Shown one piece after another: positions 8,743-20,137 of a DNA stretch of 64,000 nucleotides. This DNA is from a virus. How positions within the stretch are numbered: position 1 is the first letter of the stretch; each line of letters starts with the position of its first letter. The notes under the pieces are model-generated. The model was not told the origin of the DNA and searched no databases. It saw only the letters and a list, made by a program, of their open reading frames with translations. The stretch is taken from IMG/VR virus record IMGVR_UViG_3300030106_006238, positions 5,736 to 69,735 of that record; one strand, written 5' to 3'. The position numbers and the translations under genes were made by a program.

Positions 8743-9174
8743 CTAGTGGTTACCTGCTTTTGAATCAACCCAATGCAGCCTGGCTGTAGCGACCTCTGGG
8801 CTTCCTGTTGCATCATCAACCAAAACCCAAAGATAGCACGCCCCGGCAGTTGTCTGCGCGGTAGGCGCAGTCACTACAGCATCCAGCGCAATCGAGACAT
8901 GCTTGAGGTTTCCTGTGCTTCCAGCCTGAAGCTTCTGACCTGTAGCCTCACCAGTCATCGGATGATCCCTGCCGCTGTCCCAAGTCAGAAAACAAGAGAC
9001 AGTCGCGGCAGAGTTCGCGTTTGTAAGCGAAATATCAACATGTGACAGGTAACAAGCTTGAGGCATCGCCTTCGACTTAGGGTCAACAGCAGAATCTTCG
9101 TGAAGAAGAAGACCGTTTCCGTAACTGCCGGTAATTTCAGTTGTAGCGTTGTCGTTGCAAATGAAGCCCTGCAT
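8743..9174 (-). CDS. hypothetical virion protein
   Basis: AGGAGG RBS; 143 aa in the tail operon. Confidence 0.7.
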   Translation of the reverse strand: MQGFICNDNATTEITGSYGNGLLLHEDSAVDPKSKAMPQACYLSHVDISLTNANSAATVSCFLTWDSGRDHPMTGEATGQKLQAGSTGNLKHVSIALDAVVTAPTAQTTAGACYLWVLVDDATGSPEVATARLHWVDSKAGNH

Positions 9175-9203
9175 TCCGGCCTCCTAGTTAGAAGGTGGAA
9201 GAA

Positions 9204-9659
9204 TCAGGTTGCGCCGCCAACAAGTCCACGCCATGTGGTGCCATCGCAATAAACCAAACATTGTTCGGCTTCCTCAATAGTAGCAATTGTGGCTGCAGCG
9301 TCATTACGAAGTGTAATGGTCTCAGAAGAACTTCCGGTGGCATTGTTCATAATGAGAAGAAGGAGTCCAGTGCAAAGAGCCTCAGCCGGAAGATCCAGGT
9401 TCCTGTTACCAGTAGGGTCAACAATCAAAAAGTTAGATGTGATGACAGTCTGGTTTGCAGCAGCGGTTCCCGTAACCAACAAGGTATGAGTCGCAGCCGC
9501 AATAGTGATGGCTTCGCCCCTGAACGACAGAAGGCTTGTTGCGCCGCTAAGAGCAGTCAACAAAGGGGTCTGCCCTTTGACCTTCAAGCCAAAGCCAGGC
9601 TCAACGGGAATATCGTGATTGAGAGCGTTACCGTTCATCATTTCGGGAATTTGGGACAT
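9204..9659 (-). CDS. small virion/fibre-domain protein
   Basis: AGGAG RBS; RNLDLPA..GLLLLIMN..CDGTTW resembles fibre knob modules and the C-terminus of 26258..26956. Confidence 0.7.
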   Translation of the reverse strand: MSQIPEMMNGNALNHDIPVEPGFGLKVKGQTPLLTALSGATSLLSFRGEAITIAAATHTLLVTGTAAANQTVITSNFLIVDPTGNRNLDLPAEALCTGLLLLIMNNATGSSSETITLRNDAAATIATIEEAEQCLVYCDGTTWRGLVGGAT

Positions 9660-9750
9660 TGTAGTGGTCTCCTAGTAGGGTAGAGGGATCTTAAAAAAAT
9701 AATAGCACGTTGCGATTAATCAGCGAATACCAAAGTGATAGGGCCTTGTT

Positions 9751-12700
9751 TTACCATTCTTCATAGTTTAGTCCCTGCCTAAATCTGGAGCCACGACGAA
9801 CTCTTTCTTCTTCAGCCTGTAATTGAGCTTCTTCAAGCGCTTCTTTCTTTTCTGCAGAGTACGTCTGTTCAACGTTTGGATCAATACTAAGGGCTGCTTG
9901 GCGCTCTTGCATAAGCATTCTGTTCTTAGCTCTTGTCTGAGACCTGGCTCTCACAGTGCTTCGTGTTGGAAGATAAACTGGCTTCATTCCAAACATTCCA
10001 GCAAGCTCTGACAAACTAAATGCTGTTGCTTGTTTTTCCATCAACAATGTAATGACATCATTCAAGTGAATTTTATATTCGCCTTCTGTGTTTTTCATCC
10101 AAACGTCTTTTACACCAACCGATGCTGCTTTAGAGCGAACTTCATCTTCACTCATGTCGCTTGTAAGAGTCAGCTCCATCATGTTCATTCGAGGATGAAG
10201 TTGTCTCATCGGCCTATCTAAAGTATGCCGGGCTGACATTGGATCTCCATAACTGTCAACATACGCTGTTGGATCGGCCCTCATTTCAGACCATGTTGGA
10301 CCAAACGGCTTGAGAATAGGTCTGTCTAACTTACGAGATGCGGATCTTGTTGCAGCAACAAACGCTTCTAAAATACCCGTGTTGGCCCTATCCAACCAAT
10401 TGAAGGTATCCATTGACCTACCGCCACCAGGGGTTTGCATAAGATTGCGCCAAATCCACCAAGCTTTTCCGTTTTTAGCGTGGAACCATCCCTGTTCTGG
10501 CAAACCAATTTGGTCTGCTTTAGTAGCATCCAAATGACTTCTGGGCGTAATGTTAAACGCTCCATCAACAATCATTCCGCCAGTTATTGCTCTGTCGAGC
10601 TCAACAAGCCAAGGCGGAACTTTATTGTAGTCATCAAGAGATCTGTTGTAGAAAATATCTTGACCTGTTGCCAAGACAGGAAGGGCTTGAATGTGTGGCA
10701 TAAATCGTGACGCCAAACCACGAAGAGCATCTTCTCTGGTGGTTTTTCCTCTCAACGGACCAGCAGCATCCACAATGTCTACATACAAGTTCAAAGCATC
10801 CATCATTGGAAGCGGCGGCGTAATGTAGGCTATTTGTGCATTTCTTTGCGTGTTTATCTGCGTGTTTCTAATAAACACGGGAAGCCTATTGATCTGATAC
10901 TCCTTCATCATGATCTCTGGGTCATCACTAAGGTAGACCTGCTGCACACCACGAACCAATCTAATCTGACCAATGAGTCGGGCTGGGTTGGTAAGCAATG
11001 TTTCCCAGAAATGATCCAGGTTCTTTCTCATGTAGGAATAGAACATGATCAAGTTGCGGCCAACCGACTTTTCGGCTTCGCTTAGATCGGCGTAATCATA
11101 CAGAAACTTTCTTGCTCGTTCTGCCGCATGAGCTGGAGTAAATCCTCTTTCAAGGTAATCAAGAAAAATGCTTACGCGATAGAAATTGTCCATCGCGGTG
11201 GCTGTTTCAATAAGAGTCCTTTGCCATTCACGACCTCCACGACCAACAGTTTTTGCCCATACTGGTTTTCCTGAAAACATTCTTTCAAGGTCTTTAGTTA
11301 AAGCCTGAATTGTTTCAGCATGAATAAAGCTTGATTTTAGTCCAGCGTTTTCAGTCAACCGAATAAGTTGTTCCGTTGAATAGACCATTCCATGTCTGGT
11401 CACTAACGGTGGAGCATCAGGAGAATAATCAATAGACATTCTACGGCCATTCTTTGTAAGACCGTCTTTATACAATGCCACCACAACCGCTTTCGTTTGA
11501 CTGGCGTTTCTAAACAAAGCTCTAATTGTTCCAGTAATGCCCATTCCTTGGTACATCTGGAAGAACCCGCCCATTCCAACACCCATATAGTAAGCAGGGT
11601 TTGGAATACCGATTCCGGTAGTTACGCCCATTCGAACGTTTCGAAAGGTCATGGGAAACAAAGCGGCAAGAGTTTGGGCTGCTTCGTTAACAGCCATTCC
11701 AACTCGAACATTTAGATCTCTTTCTTGAATCCTTTCCGAAACGCTTTGAGTCAATCTGTCTGTGTTTGGTGTAGCAGCCCTTGGACCATAGGCGGAACCA
11801 ACTCGAGATACCCGGTCATAAGCGTTTTCAATTTCCATAACCACAGCAGAGGGCATAAACATTTCTTGCCCATCAGGAGTGACGTATCTTTCGAATCCTC
11901 TTTTCGATGGCTCTATGCCAAGACGATCAAGAATATCCATTGCGGCTTCATAAGCCATCATGTCGTGGACGTTATCGAGAGTGTCTCTTGGAAAAAAGTT
12001 GTCTGCTGCTTTAGTAATTTCGTCAGAAGGAAAGATGCCTTCCGTTGTAGTGTCTTGTCGCGGTGCGTCTGGAAACTCTTGGTATTGATACTCTACTTCT
12101 CCGCTTTCTACTTTTTTGAAATAGACTCTTCTTGCTAACAAATAATGTTGTTCTTGATTTAGATAAAAAAGAACTCTTTGGTAGTAAAGATCCTCATTAA
12201 TACCAACATGTTCAGCACCTTCTGGTCCTTGTTCAAGAATCTTGCCTCGCCCGGATCTGGCAATGTCCCATGTGCTAAGACCGATTCCTGATCTAAGAAG
12301 AGTCTTGTTCAACCCTTCAACCAAGTCCATGCACCGAAGCCGAACCATGACTTCCATCATTGCAAGGCCGGGGTTGAAGTTGGGCATTTGATCGGGTCTT
12401 GTACCAACCTTGGTCTTAAAGTTGTTGGACACATAAGCCATCAACTCATCGAGCTTTCCTGTATAGAACAAACTGTAGACAGCCCCCAAATCAACGTCTG
12501 GGACTCTCTTAGTTAGCTCAACACCCATTCCACCAACAAATGCTCCAAGAATGATTCGACCGCGCTGTATTACCGCTTCTTCTTTTTCTTTTACGCTTTT
12601 TCGCAAACGATAAAGGGCGTCTCCCATGGCTCGACGGTCTGCTTCAGAGAAGTCTGGAGTTTTTCCTTCTTCAAAAGCCTTGTACGCTTTTCGTCTATAA

Positions 12701-15700
12701 AGGCCAAGGATTCTTAAGGCTTCTCGTTCTTGTTCTCTAAGTCGTCGTTTTTGAGGCCCTCCCTTTCCGGTCAAGTCTCGAGTCGTAATGATGTCTTGAA
12801 GCTCTTCTAAGCTATCAAGAATCTCAATGAGCATAGAGCCTTGCTCAATATCAACATCCATTCCATCTATAGGATCTACAGCATCTTTGGGGTTTTGCGG
12901 AATGTATGAATCGCTATCAATGTCAGCATTTCTAAGTTCTTGAACAAACGAGTCAAACCGCTCTCTAAATGGTTGAACAAATTCAATTCCCTTGTCTTTG
13001 TTCTTTCTGGAACCAAGAAGCCTTGTAACTTTTGCAGGATCCACTGGCGCTTGAAACATGTGCTCGAAAAAAGCAAACAACTCGCCTTCATCAATTTCTA
13101 CATTAGAACGCATTGCTCGAACAATAAGAGCCCTAAAATCTTTATCTACGTTTCCAATTTGAGCGATGATTTCGTTAAGAGCTTCAACTGCTTCTGGATT
13201 CAAATCTCCACCAGCGAACTGCTCTTTTTTAAGCGAAGAAAGCACAGACCTAAACCTGGTCATTACGTTGTCGCCTGAGTCTGGACCAAATTTCTCAAGG
13301 GCTGCTGACCCACCTTGTTTAAGAGCGTTCCACCAAGCATACCCAAGTGATTTTGGTATCTTGTGTGTATAGCTAGTCTGACGAGCTGCGGGGCCAGCAA
13401 GGACATCTACTGTTGCTGTTTGAATCGCATTCCATTCATCTGCAGTTACCGTAGTTAGGTCTCTGTCCCAATCGGTAATGTGCCTTCCAGTTCCTGCAGG
13501 AATAGCCTCTAAGGTTGCAGCACCAAGAGGTTCTCTTGCAAGAGATCGGATGTGAATCCTTAGACCTTCTGCCTCGAAATCGTTGAATGTAAAAGTGTTG
13601 GTAGATGGGTCATAGTTCTTGGTTGCATCGTTGTGTCCAAAGATTTCTCCGAACATTTCATCTACAGCTTTTTGGATTTCTTTAACCCTGTTTCTTGGAA
13701 CAATGCTTTTGGTTGTCATTGGAACCATATCCATTGGATGGCCAAATGTTTTCCGTGCATGTTCTCCGCTTACATAGCCAAGAATCCTTGCAAACAGATC
13801 CACAGGATCAACTTCGGCTTCTCCTGGTCTGTATCCAATTGCTTGTAGAACGTTCTCAAGCCTTCTATCTACCTGATAAAAGGTTCTTTTTTGAGCTTGT
13901 GCAATAGCCGATTCTTCTTCCAGAGCTTTTTCTGTTTCAAGCCTAATCTTGTCGCCAGGAAAAGTTCGACCCAACTTAGAAGTCATGTCGGAAACGTCTC
14001 TTCTAAGAGCCTCTTCTGGCCGCAAAAACCTATCCCAGAATGCGCGACTCTTTGGACTGATTGTAGACAAACCACGCTGGCGATGCTTGATCCAAAAATC
14101 TTGCATGCTTCTATACAGATCGTCCATGGCTCGAGGACTGATTCCGTCTGGAGTTTCAAGCGTATTGACGTAGTTCTCAAACACATCCGCAGCATGAGCT
14201 GCACCAGATGGGGTCAACACTGGAGAAGTCTTTCCTGAATGGTCAAAGTTTTTAGCAAACGCTTTGTACCAGGTTTCGCCCATAAGTCTTGCTATGAGCC
14301 TTCCGTTTGCTGAAAACAGCTTTCTAAAATCACCAGTCTGAAACAACTCTGTAAGATGAAAAACATCTTCATTGGTCATCAGCAATTCATCTAAGACATC
14401 ATCAGGGTTGCTGTACCTGACCTCATATCTGGAGGTTTTTCTGGGAACCTTGTCAACGTCACTTCTGTATGTAGAAAACAAATATGGTTCAATGTCTCTT
14501 GGAACAGATCCGGTTTTCCCGCCAGAAATAATATACTTTCTAAAATCTTGAGTAGACCACAGTCTTTCATTTAGTTTGTATTGTTTGATAACCGCATCAG
14601 CCAAATTCAGTTTTTCAATCAACGGAAGATCGTCAACCGATTGAATCCAATCAGGAGCGATTCTTTCGTTTGTTCGCAGTGGACCAAACAACTCTAAACG
14701 CAGGTCTGCGTTTCGCCACGAAACATTAAGCCTATCAACATTGCCAAGGCCAAGCACTGATGCATCAGCTCCACTTGGACGACCCATTACTGCAACAAAG
14801 GAAACAGCAGTTTCGAAATCATGACCAAAGGCCATAAACTCGCCTACTTCAGAAAGAACCTCATTGATGACCTTCTGCGACGACTCATTCTCTGAAAAGT
14901 CAAACCTTCCTTCTCTGATCTTGTTTTGAAGAACTTCAAAGATTCTTTGGTTGTTTTTAGAAATGCTTTCAGGGGTGTTCTTGATTGGTCCAGAAACCGC
15001 TGAAGACATTTCTGCCACAATAAAATCAAGAGCAGCTTGCCTTCGAAACAGAGCTTCTCTTTCCGCAAAAGATACATCAGAACCAATGTTTATTTTGCCT
15101 TCAATAAGTCTTTCTGAAATGTCCAAAATTTCTGGTGGAAACTCTTCAGAAACCTTGTCGTTTCTAATGTATTTCATCAAGGCTTTAAACTTCTTAACGA
15201 AAGCGTCGAATGTTCTTTTCCAATAAGTTTTGTTTTCTGCAAACTCTTTTTGAGCCATCAAAGACTTAGGAAGTTCTTTAGTAATCAAATAGTCAGACAA
15301 GGTATCAGCAAGCCACTCTGAAAAAGTAGCTTCAGTACCATACCTTCCTTTGAAATCAAGAGACCTTGACCAGTCTGGAAATCCTTTTGAGGCTTCACGC
15401 AAATATGCCGTTCTTAGGGCTCTAATGTCTGTTTCTGGAAGGAAGCTGGCATGAAGAGCATGAACTAATTCATGAATGAAAGTTGAAGCTCTCGTTTCTG
15501 AATCGGAAAGAGCCAGCATTTCATTCTTAGTCAAACTGGCAATTGTTTCGTTTATTACCTCAGAAGTTTTGATTCCTATCGAATCTTTTCCTGGGGCATT
15601 CCATTTTTTGCTAATCTTCCCAACACTCAAGGTCATTTGCGATGCAAGGGCTAATATAATTTTTTCTTCTTGACCTGCAGCGCCAGGACCAAAAACCCTT

Positions 15701-18700
15701 TCCATGACTTGTTGAGCTGAATGAGAAATGTGTCTTCCCAATTTCTCTTTCAATATTTCTTTGATTCTTCTTCCAATTTCTAATCTTGACTTATGGCTTT
15801 TGGCATCCATCATGGCTTGAGTCAAAACCGAAACTTGATCAAATACTTTATCGACTTCTTCGGCAAACAACTCACCGAATTGTTTAAAGTCAATATCTGC
15901 AAACTCTTCAATCGGGCCTTCGTTTAAAGGCTTGGCGAAGTTCATTTTAATTTCGCCAGTTCTAACGTTGTAGAAGCCTAAATCGGAAACACCAGCGTCC
16001 AGGTCTAAAGAACCGGAATCCGACAGGAAAACTTTCCTAAACAATTGATCAGGAAGAATGTCAACAAAAGCCATCGTCAACAAGTAGTTGGGCTCATCAA
16101 TAAAGCCTTCCTCATGCCAAATTGTCAGCTTTTCTTCGAACTCCCTTCTTTGTTTTTCGTATTTTTTAGTAGGGCCAGCGTCCATCAATGAGTCAGCGTC
16201 ATCGGCCTTTACAACCCTAAGCCTCTTTACAGCCACTCCGCTAACGTCTTCAACCTCGGCTGATTCAACTACAGAATAAGGCGCTTTAGGTTTTTTCAGC
16301 ACGTCTTTGAATTTGTTCTGAAACTGAGCAGACAACTCAACATCAGAAAAAACAATCGCTGCATCAATGTCTGGAAAGGAATCAACCATCAACTCGATTT
16401 GAGCAAGAATAGAATCCAGGGTGACATCTGCAACACTGAAACCTTTGCCCTCAAAAAGAGGCTTGGCGTCTGTTCCTTCTAAGGTTCTGATTTTAAAAGT
16501 AAGCCTATGATTTGGCCCGCCTTTATCAGTCTGCTCCATAAAAACAGCAATGACTGGTTTTCCGTCAGGACCATCGATAACAACAAAGAGATCCATTGAT
16601 TCTGGTACTGGGGCTTCACCTTCTTTTAGTCGCCAAGGACCATCAGCTTCTCCTCGCATTACCTCTTTTAGGACAGGATCTACTTCACCATTTTTTCGAA
16701 TGACGCTTCTGCGCAAAGGCCGTTCTGTATATCCTTTGCTGTTTGCTTTTGGAGAAAACTCAATTGGCTTTCCTAAACCAAGATCAAAATCAATCCAAAC
16801 GCCGACATTGCCCAAATCAGGCTCAAACTTTCTTGGACCAAAATCGGTTTCAATAGTGGTCGGCCTACCGGAATGAGTTGGTGGCGGAGCCGTTGGTGTT
16901 TCTCCTGCTTCTGGATCAACATCAACATCAGGGTCGGCCTTCTTAGGCTCAAAGCCGTCTCTTTCAAACTTAATACTGACGTATTCAAAGAACTCAATGG
17001 GATCGTAGATTCGATCTTCCATTGCATATCGCCAAGCTTGTTTCTCAAGACTTGTAAGAATCGTTGGAATCTCTGCCCGATCAATAAACCCTTTGTCGGC
17101 AGCGTTATACAAATCAGTTTCTACACGCTTATATGCATCTGATTGACGTGTATTAATAATGTTTGGGTCGCCGTAAGTAAGCAAGTGCTCAATAGTTTTG
17201 AGCGCTACATCTTTTCTTTTTGCGGCAGTGTTCTTGAGATTCTTTAAAATCGTTTGTCTTGGAGTGCCGGTAACGATTTCATAAATAGTTAGAACTTCAT
17301 TTAGAACGTGACTTGGAACGGTTTCAAGAAATTTTTCCGCCTCAATGCTGTTGAGAGAACCATGAGCCATAAGCTCAATCCCTCTTGAGGCCAAGGCATA
17401 AATATCGTTGTGCTTAATCTCAGGGATTGAGTTTATTGAATCTCCAAAACCCTCCCCGGTTTCTTTCATTCGAGAAACTACAGCATCTAAAACTCTTCGC
17501 TCATGCACACCAAGCCGGTCATCGTCAGAACGACTAAGCCTTTCTAAAGCTTCAACATTGTCTAAATCAGCGTCACCAACAATGTCTCGAATATGATTTA
17601 CAGCCCGAGTGACTTCTAAATCTACACTAAACCGTTTAGACCTAAGCCTCGGAAACATTGAAGACAGTGTGGCGTCTAATCTAAACGCTACCGTGGGTTT
17701 CTTTTTGGCATCAAGAGCAACACCACTCGCGTCGTCTTCCCAAAAACCCTTTCTTCCTGTTGGGTGGCTCCAATAACTCCATGTGTTCCAGCCTCTATGG
17801 GCGGTTCTATAAACTTGACCAGTAGCCCAAAGAGGCGGCGCTTCCCAAGGAACCAACCAATCTGCAAGGATTCCGACGTTACCCCAGAACAGAAACTCTC
17901 CAGAGTTTCTATCAACACCCTTGGCATACATAAGGTCGGTCATGTGCCTAGAAAGACCCATCTCGCCAGTGTAAATGTTGGCAAGAACACGAGCTAAATA
18001 AGACGTGTTTGGATCTCTTACTCGCTTGTTTGGAGACCGGGCAAAGTCGATTCCTGCTGGAGTAAATGGAAGAGGAGCCTCCATAAAGACTTCTTGAAAT
18101 CCACCAACGACTCGCATGATTCTGCCGATGCTGCTTTCTTGAATAACGATTTCGCCATTTTCAATGGCGGTTTCCATAAAAATCGTTCCAAATGCTCTTG
18201 CTGCGGGAACCGTTGTTCTGCCGCCACTCGTAAAGATTGCATCTATGTCCGCACCAGCCGCAAGCAAAATGGAGTCCATAAAGCTTTGTTCAGACGGAAT
18301 AAGGTTGTCTAAAAGCTCAGGGAAATACTTTGCAATCAAACCAATCGGAACAGCACGAAGGTGCCTACGAATTTCGTGGTCAGTAAGTTCGTTGTTCTCA
18401 ACAGCTATAAGAATCGTTCGAATCGCTGGAGGAACATCCGATTGAGTGAGCTCATCGTACTTTTGCTGGCCGAGAAGCTTAAACTTAGCAAGGTCTAATC
18501 TGCCTCGAATAACGTGCTCAGGCATTTCTGAAATAGTAAGACCAAGGATAAGGTGTCGAACAGCGTTCTTTACATCTTCATCTTTAGATGCTTGTTCAAC
18601 AGACATTCCATTGTCTAAATATACACGAACAGATTCGATTACCCTGTTCCAAGTCTCCGCTGGCCTCGACCTATTAATCTCGAGCTGAAGACGCCTAGCA

Positions 18701-20124
18701 TCTTCTTTATTGTCAGCGAAAAAAGGAATGTATTGATCAGCGATGCCGGTAAGGATTTGAAACCGCGTTGATAAGTCTACAAGACCTTGTGGTGCTTTGA
18801 TTTGAGCAAGGAGGCCATCTCTTCCCATTGGAATGCCTCTCCAGAAATCTGGAGTGTTTCTTGATGTCCTTGACAATCCGTAGCCAATAAAACCAAACAG
18901 TAGAGCCGAGCCAGTAATTTTTAAAGCGCCACCGCCAGAAAACTTTCTAAGTCCTTTAAATCCTGGGTATTTTTTACCGCCAGGATCCGGTGCAAGAAAA
19001 TAATCAGCAGGCCCCACTCTCGGAGGAAGCTTGCCTTGATACTTGTGCCCTTCTGGAAGAAGAACAGTTGCTTTGACTTCTGGATAAAGCCATTGACCAA
19101 GACGGGTTTGAGCAGGCCCTTTTACTTTTCCGCTGGGAGCAACCGCCTCAACGGCCTTGGATGCTGTGTAGCTAAAAGGGCTTCTTGTAAACGGGTTGGC
19201 TTTAACTGATGGAATAAAGTACGGAGTGCCCGTAACTTTTGTTGCTGCCCAAGCTTGTGGTCTTCCTGTGACCAATGACGCGCCAATAATACCAGCACCA
19301 ACTCCGACTGTTCTATCAATCCAGTCTGCACCGTTTTGAATCGCGTCAATATCAAAACCTAAGTTTTGAGCCTCCTCTCCAGTCATCATGGTCTGACGAC
19401 CCATCGCCATAGCAAATGCTGGGAGAATGCCCTCGGCTCTCATTGCGGTATCGATGTCTCGAGCCAATTGGCGACGATTTTCAAACCTTGCTTGAGGTGT
19501 TGGGGTTGCTTCAGCAATATCAATTGTTCGATAATTGAAGATCCCTGAAGCCATAGTAAGCGTGCTTACATTGTTTTTTAGAGTTGATGGAATCAGGCTG
19601 GCATCGATGTCATCAATCATAGACTCGATTTCGCTGTCTTCAGCTCCAGCATCTATTGCATCATAAATTCCAAAGACAGCGCTGTCAGGATTGGTAGTAA
19701 GCCTCAACCCCTCACGCCTTTCTCCATATCTATTTTTAAAATCTGAAAGACTGGGCTTTGTTCTTTCTGGTATTCCGTGCAGGTTTCCAGAAAACTCTTC
19801 GTTGCCGACATGGGCAAATTGAAGTTTTCTCCTTGCTAATTTAAGTGCGTCTTCTCGACTAAGATTGTCGTCGATTCTCATCGATTCATCAGCAAGCGTT
19901 CTAATCGTCTCCTCTGCCTGGTTCGACATCTCAAGAGGAGTGACACCAGGAAGCGCAGGAGATGAAACCTCACCGGCAATTTCTATCTCTGACGCGGTTA
20001 CTGACCTGCCGGTGCCTTCAGAACCTTCACCTTCTTCTGGCTCTCCAAGAAGCCGTGTTTCTGCTCTTCGCTCTTGCCGCTCTCTCCATACTCGAGCCCG
20101 TCTTTCTTCTGTAGTTTCGGCCAT
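9751..20124 (-). CDS. giant (3457 aa) putative internal virion/ejection protein with a zincin-like metallopeptidase motif
   Basis: Last and largest gene of the internal-protein block; TFIHELVHALH..SEWLAD near 15300-15480; C-terminal AAERARKFLYDYADLS..NLIMFYSY..KN pattern of large phage ejection proteins. Confidence 0.75.
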   Translation of the reverse strand: MAETTEERRARVWRERQERRAETRLLGEPEEGEGSEGTGRSVTASEIEIAGEVSSPALPGVTPLEMSNQAEETIRTLADESMRIDDNLSREDALKLARRKLQFAHVGNEEFSGNLHGIPERTKPSLSDFKNRYGERREGLRLTTNPDSAVFGIYDAIDAGAEDSEIESMIDDIDASLIPSTLKNNVSTLTMASGIFNYRTIDIAEATPTPQARFENRRQLARDIDTAMRAEGILPAFAMAMGRQTMMTGEEAQNLGFDIDAIQNGADWIDRTVGVGAGIIGASLVTGRPQAWAATKVTGTPYFIPSVKANPFTRSPFSYTASKAVEAVAPSGKVKGPAQTRLGQWLYPEVKATVLLPEGHKYQGKLPPRVGPADYFLAPDPGGKKYPGFKGLRKFSGGGALKITGSALLFGFIGYGLSRTSRNTPDFWRGIPMGRDGLLAQIKAPQGLVDLSTRFQILTGIADQYIPFFADNKEDARRLQLEINRSRPAETWNRVIESVRVYLDNGMSVEQASKDEDVKNAVRHLILGLTISEMPEHVIRGRLDLAKFKLLGQQKYDELTQSDVPPAIRTILIAVENNELTDHEIRRHLRAVPIGLIAKYFPELLDNLIPSEQSFMDSILLAAGADIDAIFTSGGRTTVPAARAFGTIFMETAIENGEIVIQESSIGRIMRVVGGFQEVFMEAPLPFTPAGIDFARSPNKRVRDPNTSYLARVLANIYTGEMGLSRHMTDLMYAKGVDRNSGEFLFWGNVGILADWLVPWEAPPLWATGQVYRTAHRGWNTWSYWSHPTGRKGFWEDDASGVALDAKKKPTVAFRLDATLSSMFPRLRSKRFSVDLEVTRAVNHIRDIVGDADLDNVEALERLSRSDDDRLGVHERRVLDAVVSRMKETGEGFGDSINSIPEIKHNDIYALASRGIELMAHGSLNSIEAEKFLETVPSHVLNEVLTIYEIVTGTPRQTILKNLKNTAAKRKDVALKTIEHLLTYGDPNIINTRQSDAYKRVETDLYNAADKGFIDRAEIPTILTSLEKQAWRYAMEDRIYDPIEFFEYVSIKFERDGFEPKKADPDVDVDPEAGETPTAPPPTHSGRPTTIETDFGPRKFEPDLGNVGVWIDFDLGLGKPIEFSPKANSKGYTERPLRRSVIRKNGEVDPVLKEVMRGEADGPWRLKEGEAPVPESMDLFVVIDGPDGKPVIAVFMEQTDKGGPNHRLTFKIRTLEGTDAKPLFEGKGFSVADVTLDSILAQIELMVDSFPDIDAAIVFSDVELSAQFQNKFKDVLKKPKAPYSVVESAEVEDVSGVAVKRLRVVKADDADSLMDAGPTKKYEKQRREFEEKLTIWHEEGFIDEPNYLLTMAFVDILPDQLFRKVFLSDSGSLDLDAGVSDLGFYNVRTGEIKMNFAKPLNEGPIEEFADIDFKQFGELFAEEVDKVFDQVSVLTQAMMDAKSHKSRLEIGRRIKEILKEKLGRHISHSAQQVMERVFGPGAAGQEEKIILALASQMTLSVGKISKKWNAPGKDSIGIKTSEVINETIASLTKNEMLALSDSETRASTFIHELVHALHASFLPETDIRALRTAYLREASKGFPDWSRSLDFKGRYGTEATFSEWLADTLSDYLITKELPKSLMAQKEFAENKTYWKRTFDAFVKKFKALMKYIRNDKVSEEFPPEILDISERLIEGKINIGSDVSFAEREALFRRQAALDFIVAEMSSAVSGPIKNTPESISKNNQRIFEVLQNKIREGRFDFSENESSQKVINEVLSEVGEFMAFGHDFETAVSFVAVMGRPSGADASVLGLGNVDRLNVSWRNADLRLELFGPLRTNERIAPDWIQSVDDLPLIEKLNLADAVIKQYKLNERLWSTQDFRKYIISGGKTGSVPRDIEPYLFSTYRSDVDKVPRKTSRYEVRYSNPDDVLDELLMTNEDVFHLTELFQTGDFRKLFSANGRLIARLMGETWYKAFAKNFDHSGKTSPVLTPSGAAHAADVFENYVNTLETPDGISPRAMDDLYRSMQDFWIKHRQRGLSTISPKSRAFWDRFLRPEEALRRDVSDMTSKLGRTFPGDKIRLETEKALEEESAIAQAQKRTFYQVDRRLENVLQAIGYRPGEAEVDPVDLFARILGYVSGEHARKTFGHPMDMVPMTTKSIVPRNRVKEIQKAVDEMFGEIFGHNDATKNYDPSTNTFTFNDFEAEGLRIHIRSLAREPLGAATLEAIPAGTGRHITDWDRDLTTVTADEWNAIQTATVDVLAGPAARQTSYTHKIPKSLGYAWWNALKQGGSAALEKFGPDSGDNVMTRFRSVLSSLKKEQFAGGDLNPEAVEALNEIIAQIGNVDKDFRALIVRAMRSNVEIDEGELFAFFEHMFQAPVDPAKVTRLLGSRKNKDKGIEFVQPFRERFDSFVQELRNADIDSDSYIPQNPKDAVDPIDGMDVDIEQGSMLIEILDSLEELQDIITTRDLTGKGGPQKRRLREQEREALRILGLYRRKAYKAFEEGKTPDFSEADRRAMGDALYRLRKSVKEKEEAVIQRGRIILGAFVGGMGVELTKRVPDVDLGAVYSLFYTGKLDELMAYVSNNFKTKVGTRPDQMPNFNPGLAMMEVMVRLRCMDLVEGLNKTLLRSGIGLSTWDIARSGRGKILEQGPEGAEHVGINEDLYYQRVLFYLNQEQHYLLARRVYFKKVESGEVEYQYQEFPDAPRQDTTTEGIFPSDEITKAADNFFPRDTLDNVHDMMAYEAAMDILDRLGIEPSKRGFERYVTPDGQEMFMPSAVVMEIENAYDRVSRVGSAYGPRAATPNTDRLTQSVSERIQERDLNVRVGMAVNEAAQTLAALFPMTFRNVRMGVTTGIGIPNPAYYMGVGMGGFFQMYQGMGITGTIRALFRNASQTKAVVVALYKDGLTKNGRRMSIDYSPDAPPLVTRHGMVYSTEQLIRLTENAGLKSSFIHAETIQALTKDLERMFSGKPVWAKTVGRGGREWQRTLIETATAMDNFYRVSIFLDYLERGFTPAHAAERARKFLYDYADLSEAEKSVGRNLIMFYSYMRKNLDHFWETLLTNPARLIGQIRLVRGVQQVYLSDDPEIMMKEYQINRLPVFIRNTQINTQRNAQIAYITPPLPMMDALNLYVDIVDAAGPLRGKTTREDALRGLASRFMPHIQALPVLATGQDIFYNRSLDDYNKVPPWLVELDRAITGGMIVDGAFNITPRSHLDATKADQIGLPEQGWFHAKNGKAWWIWRNLMQTPGGGRSMDTFNWLDRANTGILEAFVAATRSASRKLDRPILKPFGPTWSEMRADPTAYVDSYGDPMSARHTLDRPMRQLHPRMNMMELTLTSDMSEDEVRSKAASVGVKDVWMKNTEGEYKIHLNDVITLLMEKQATAFSLSELAGMFGMKPVYLPTRSTVRARSQTRAKNRMLMQERQAALSIDPNVEQTYSAEKKEALEEAQLQAEEERVRRGSRFRQGLNYEEW

Positions 20125-20137
20125 TTTTATTCCAAGG

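Noticed and set aside
9751-20124. Giant protein as a virion RNA polymerase (N4- or crAss-like)
   Set aside because: I found no DxDGD or single-subunit RNAP motif by eye, and early genes have host sigma70 promoters; a profile search is needed to exclude it fully.
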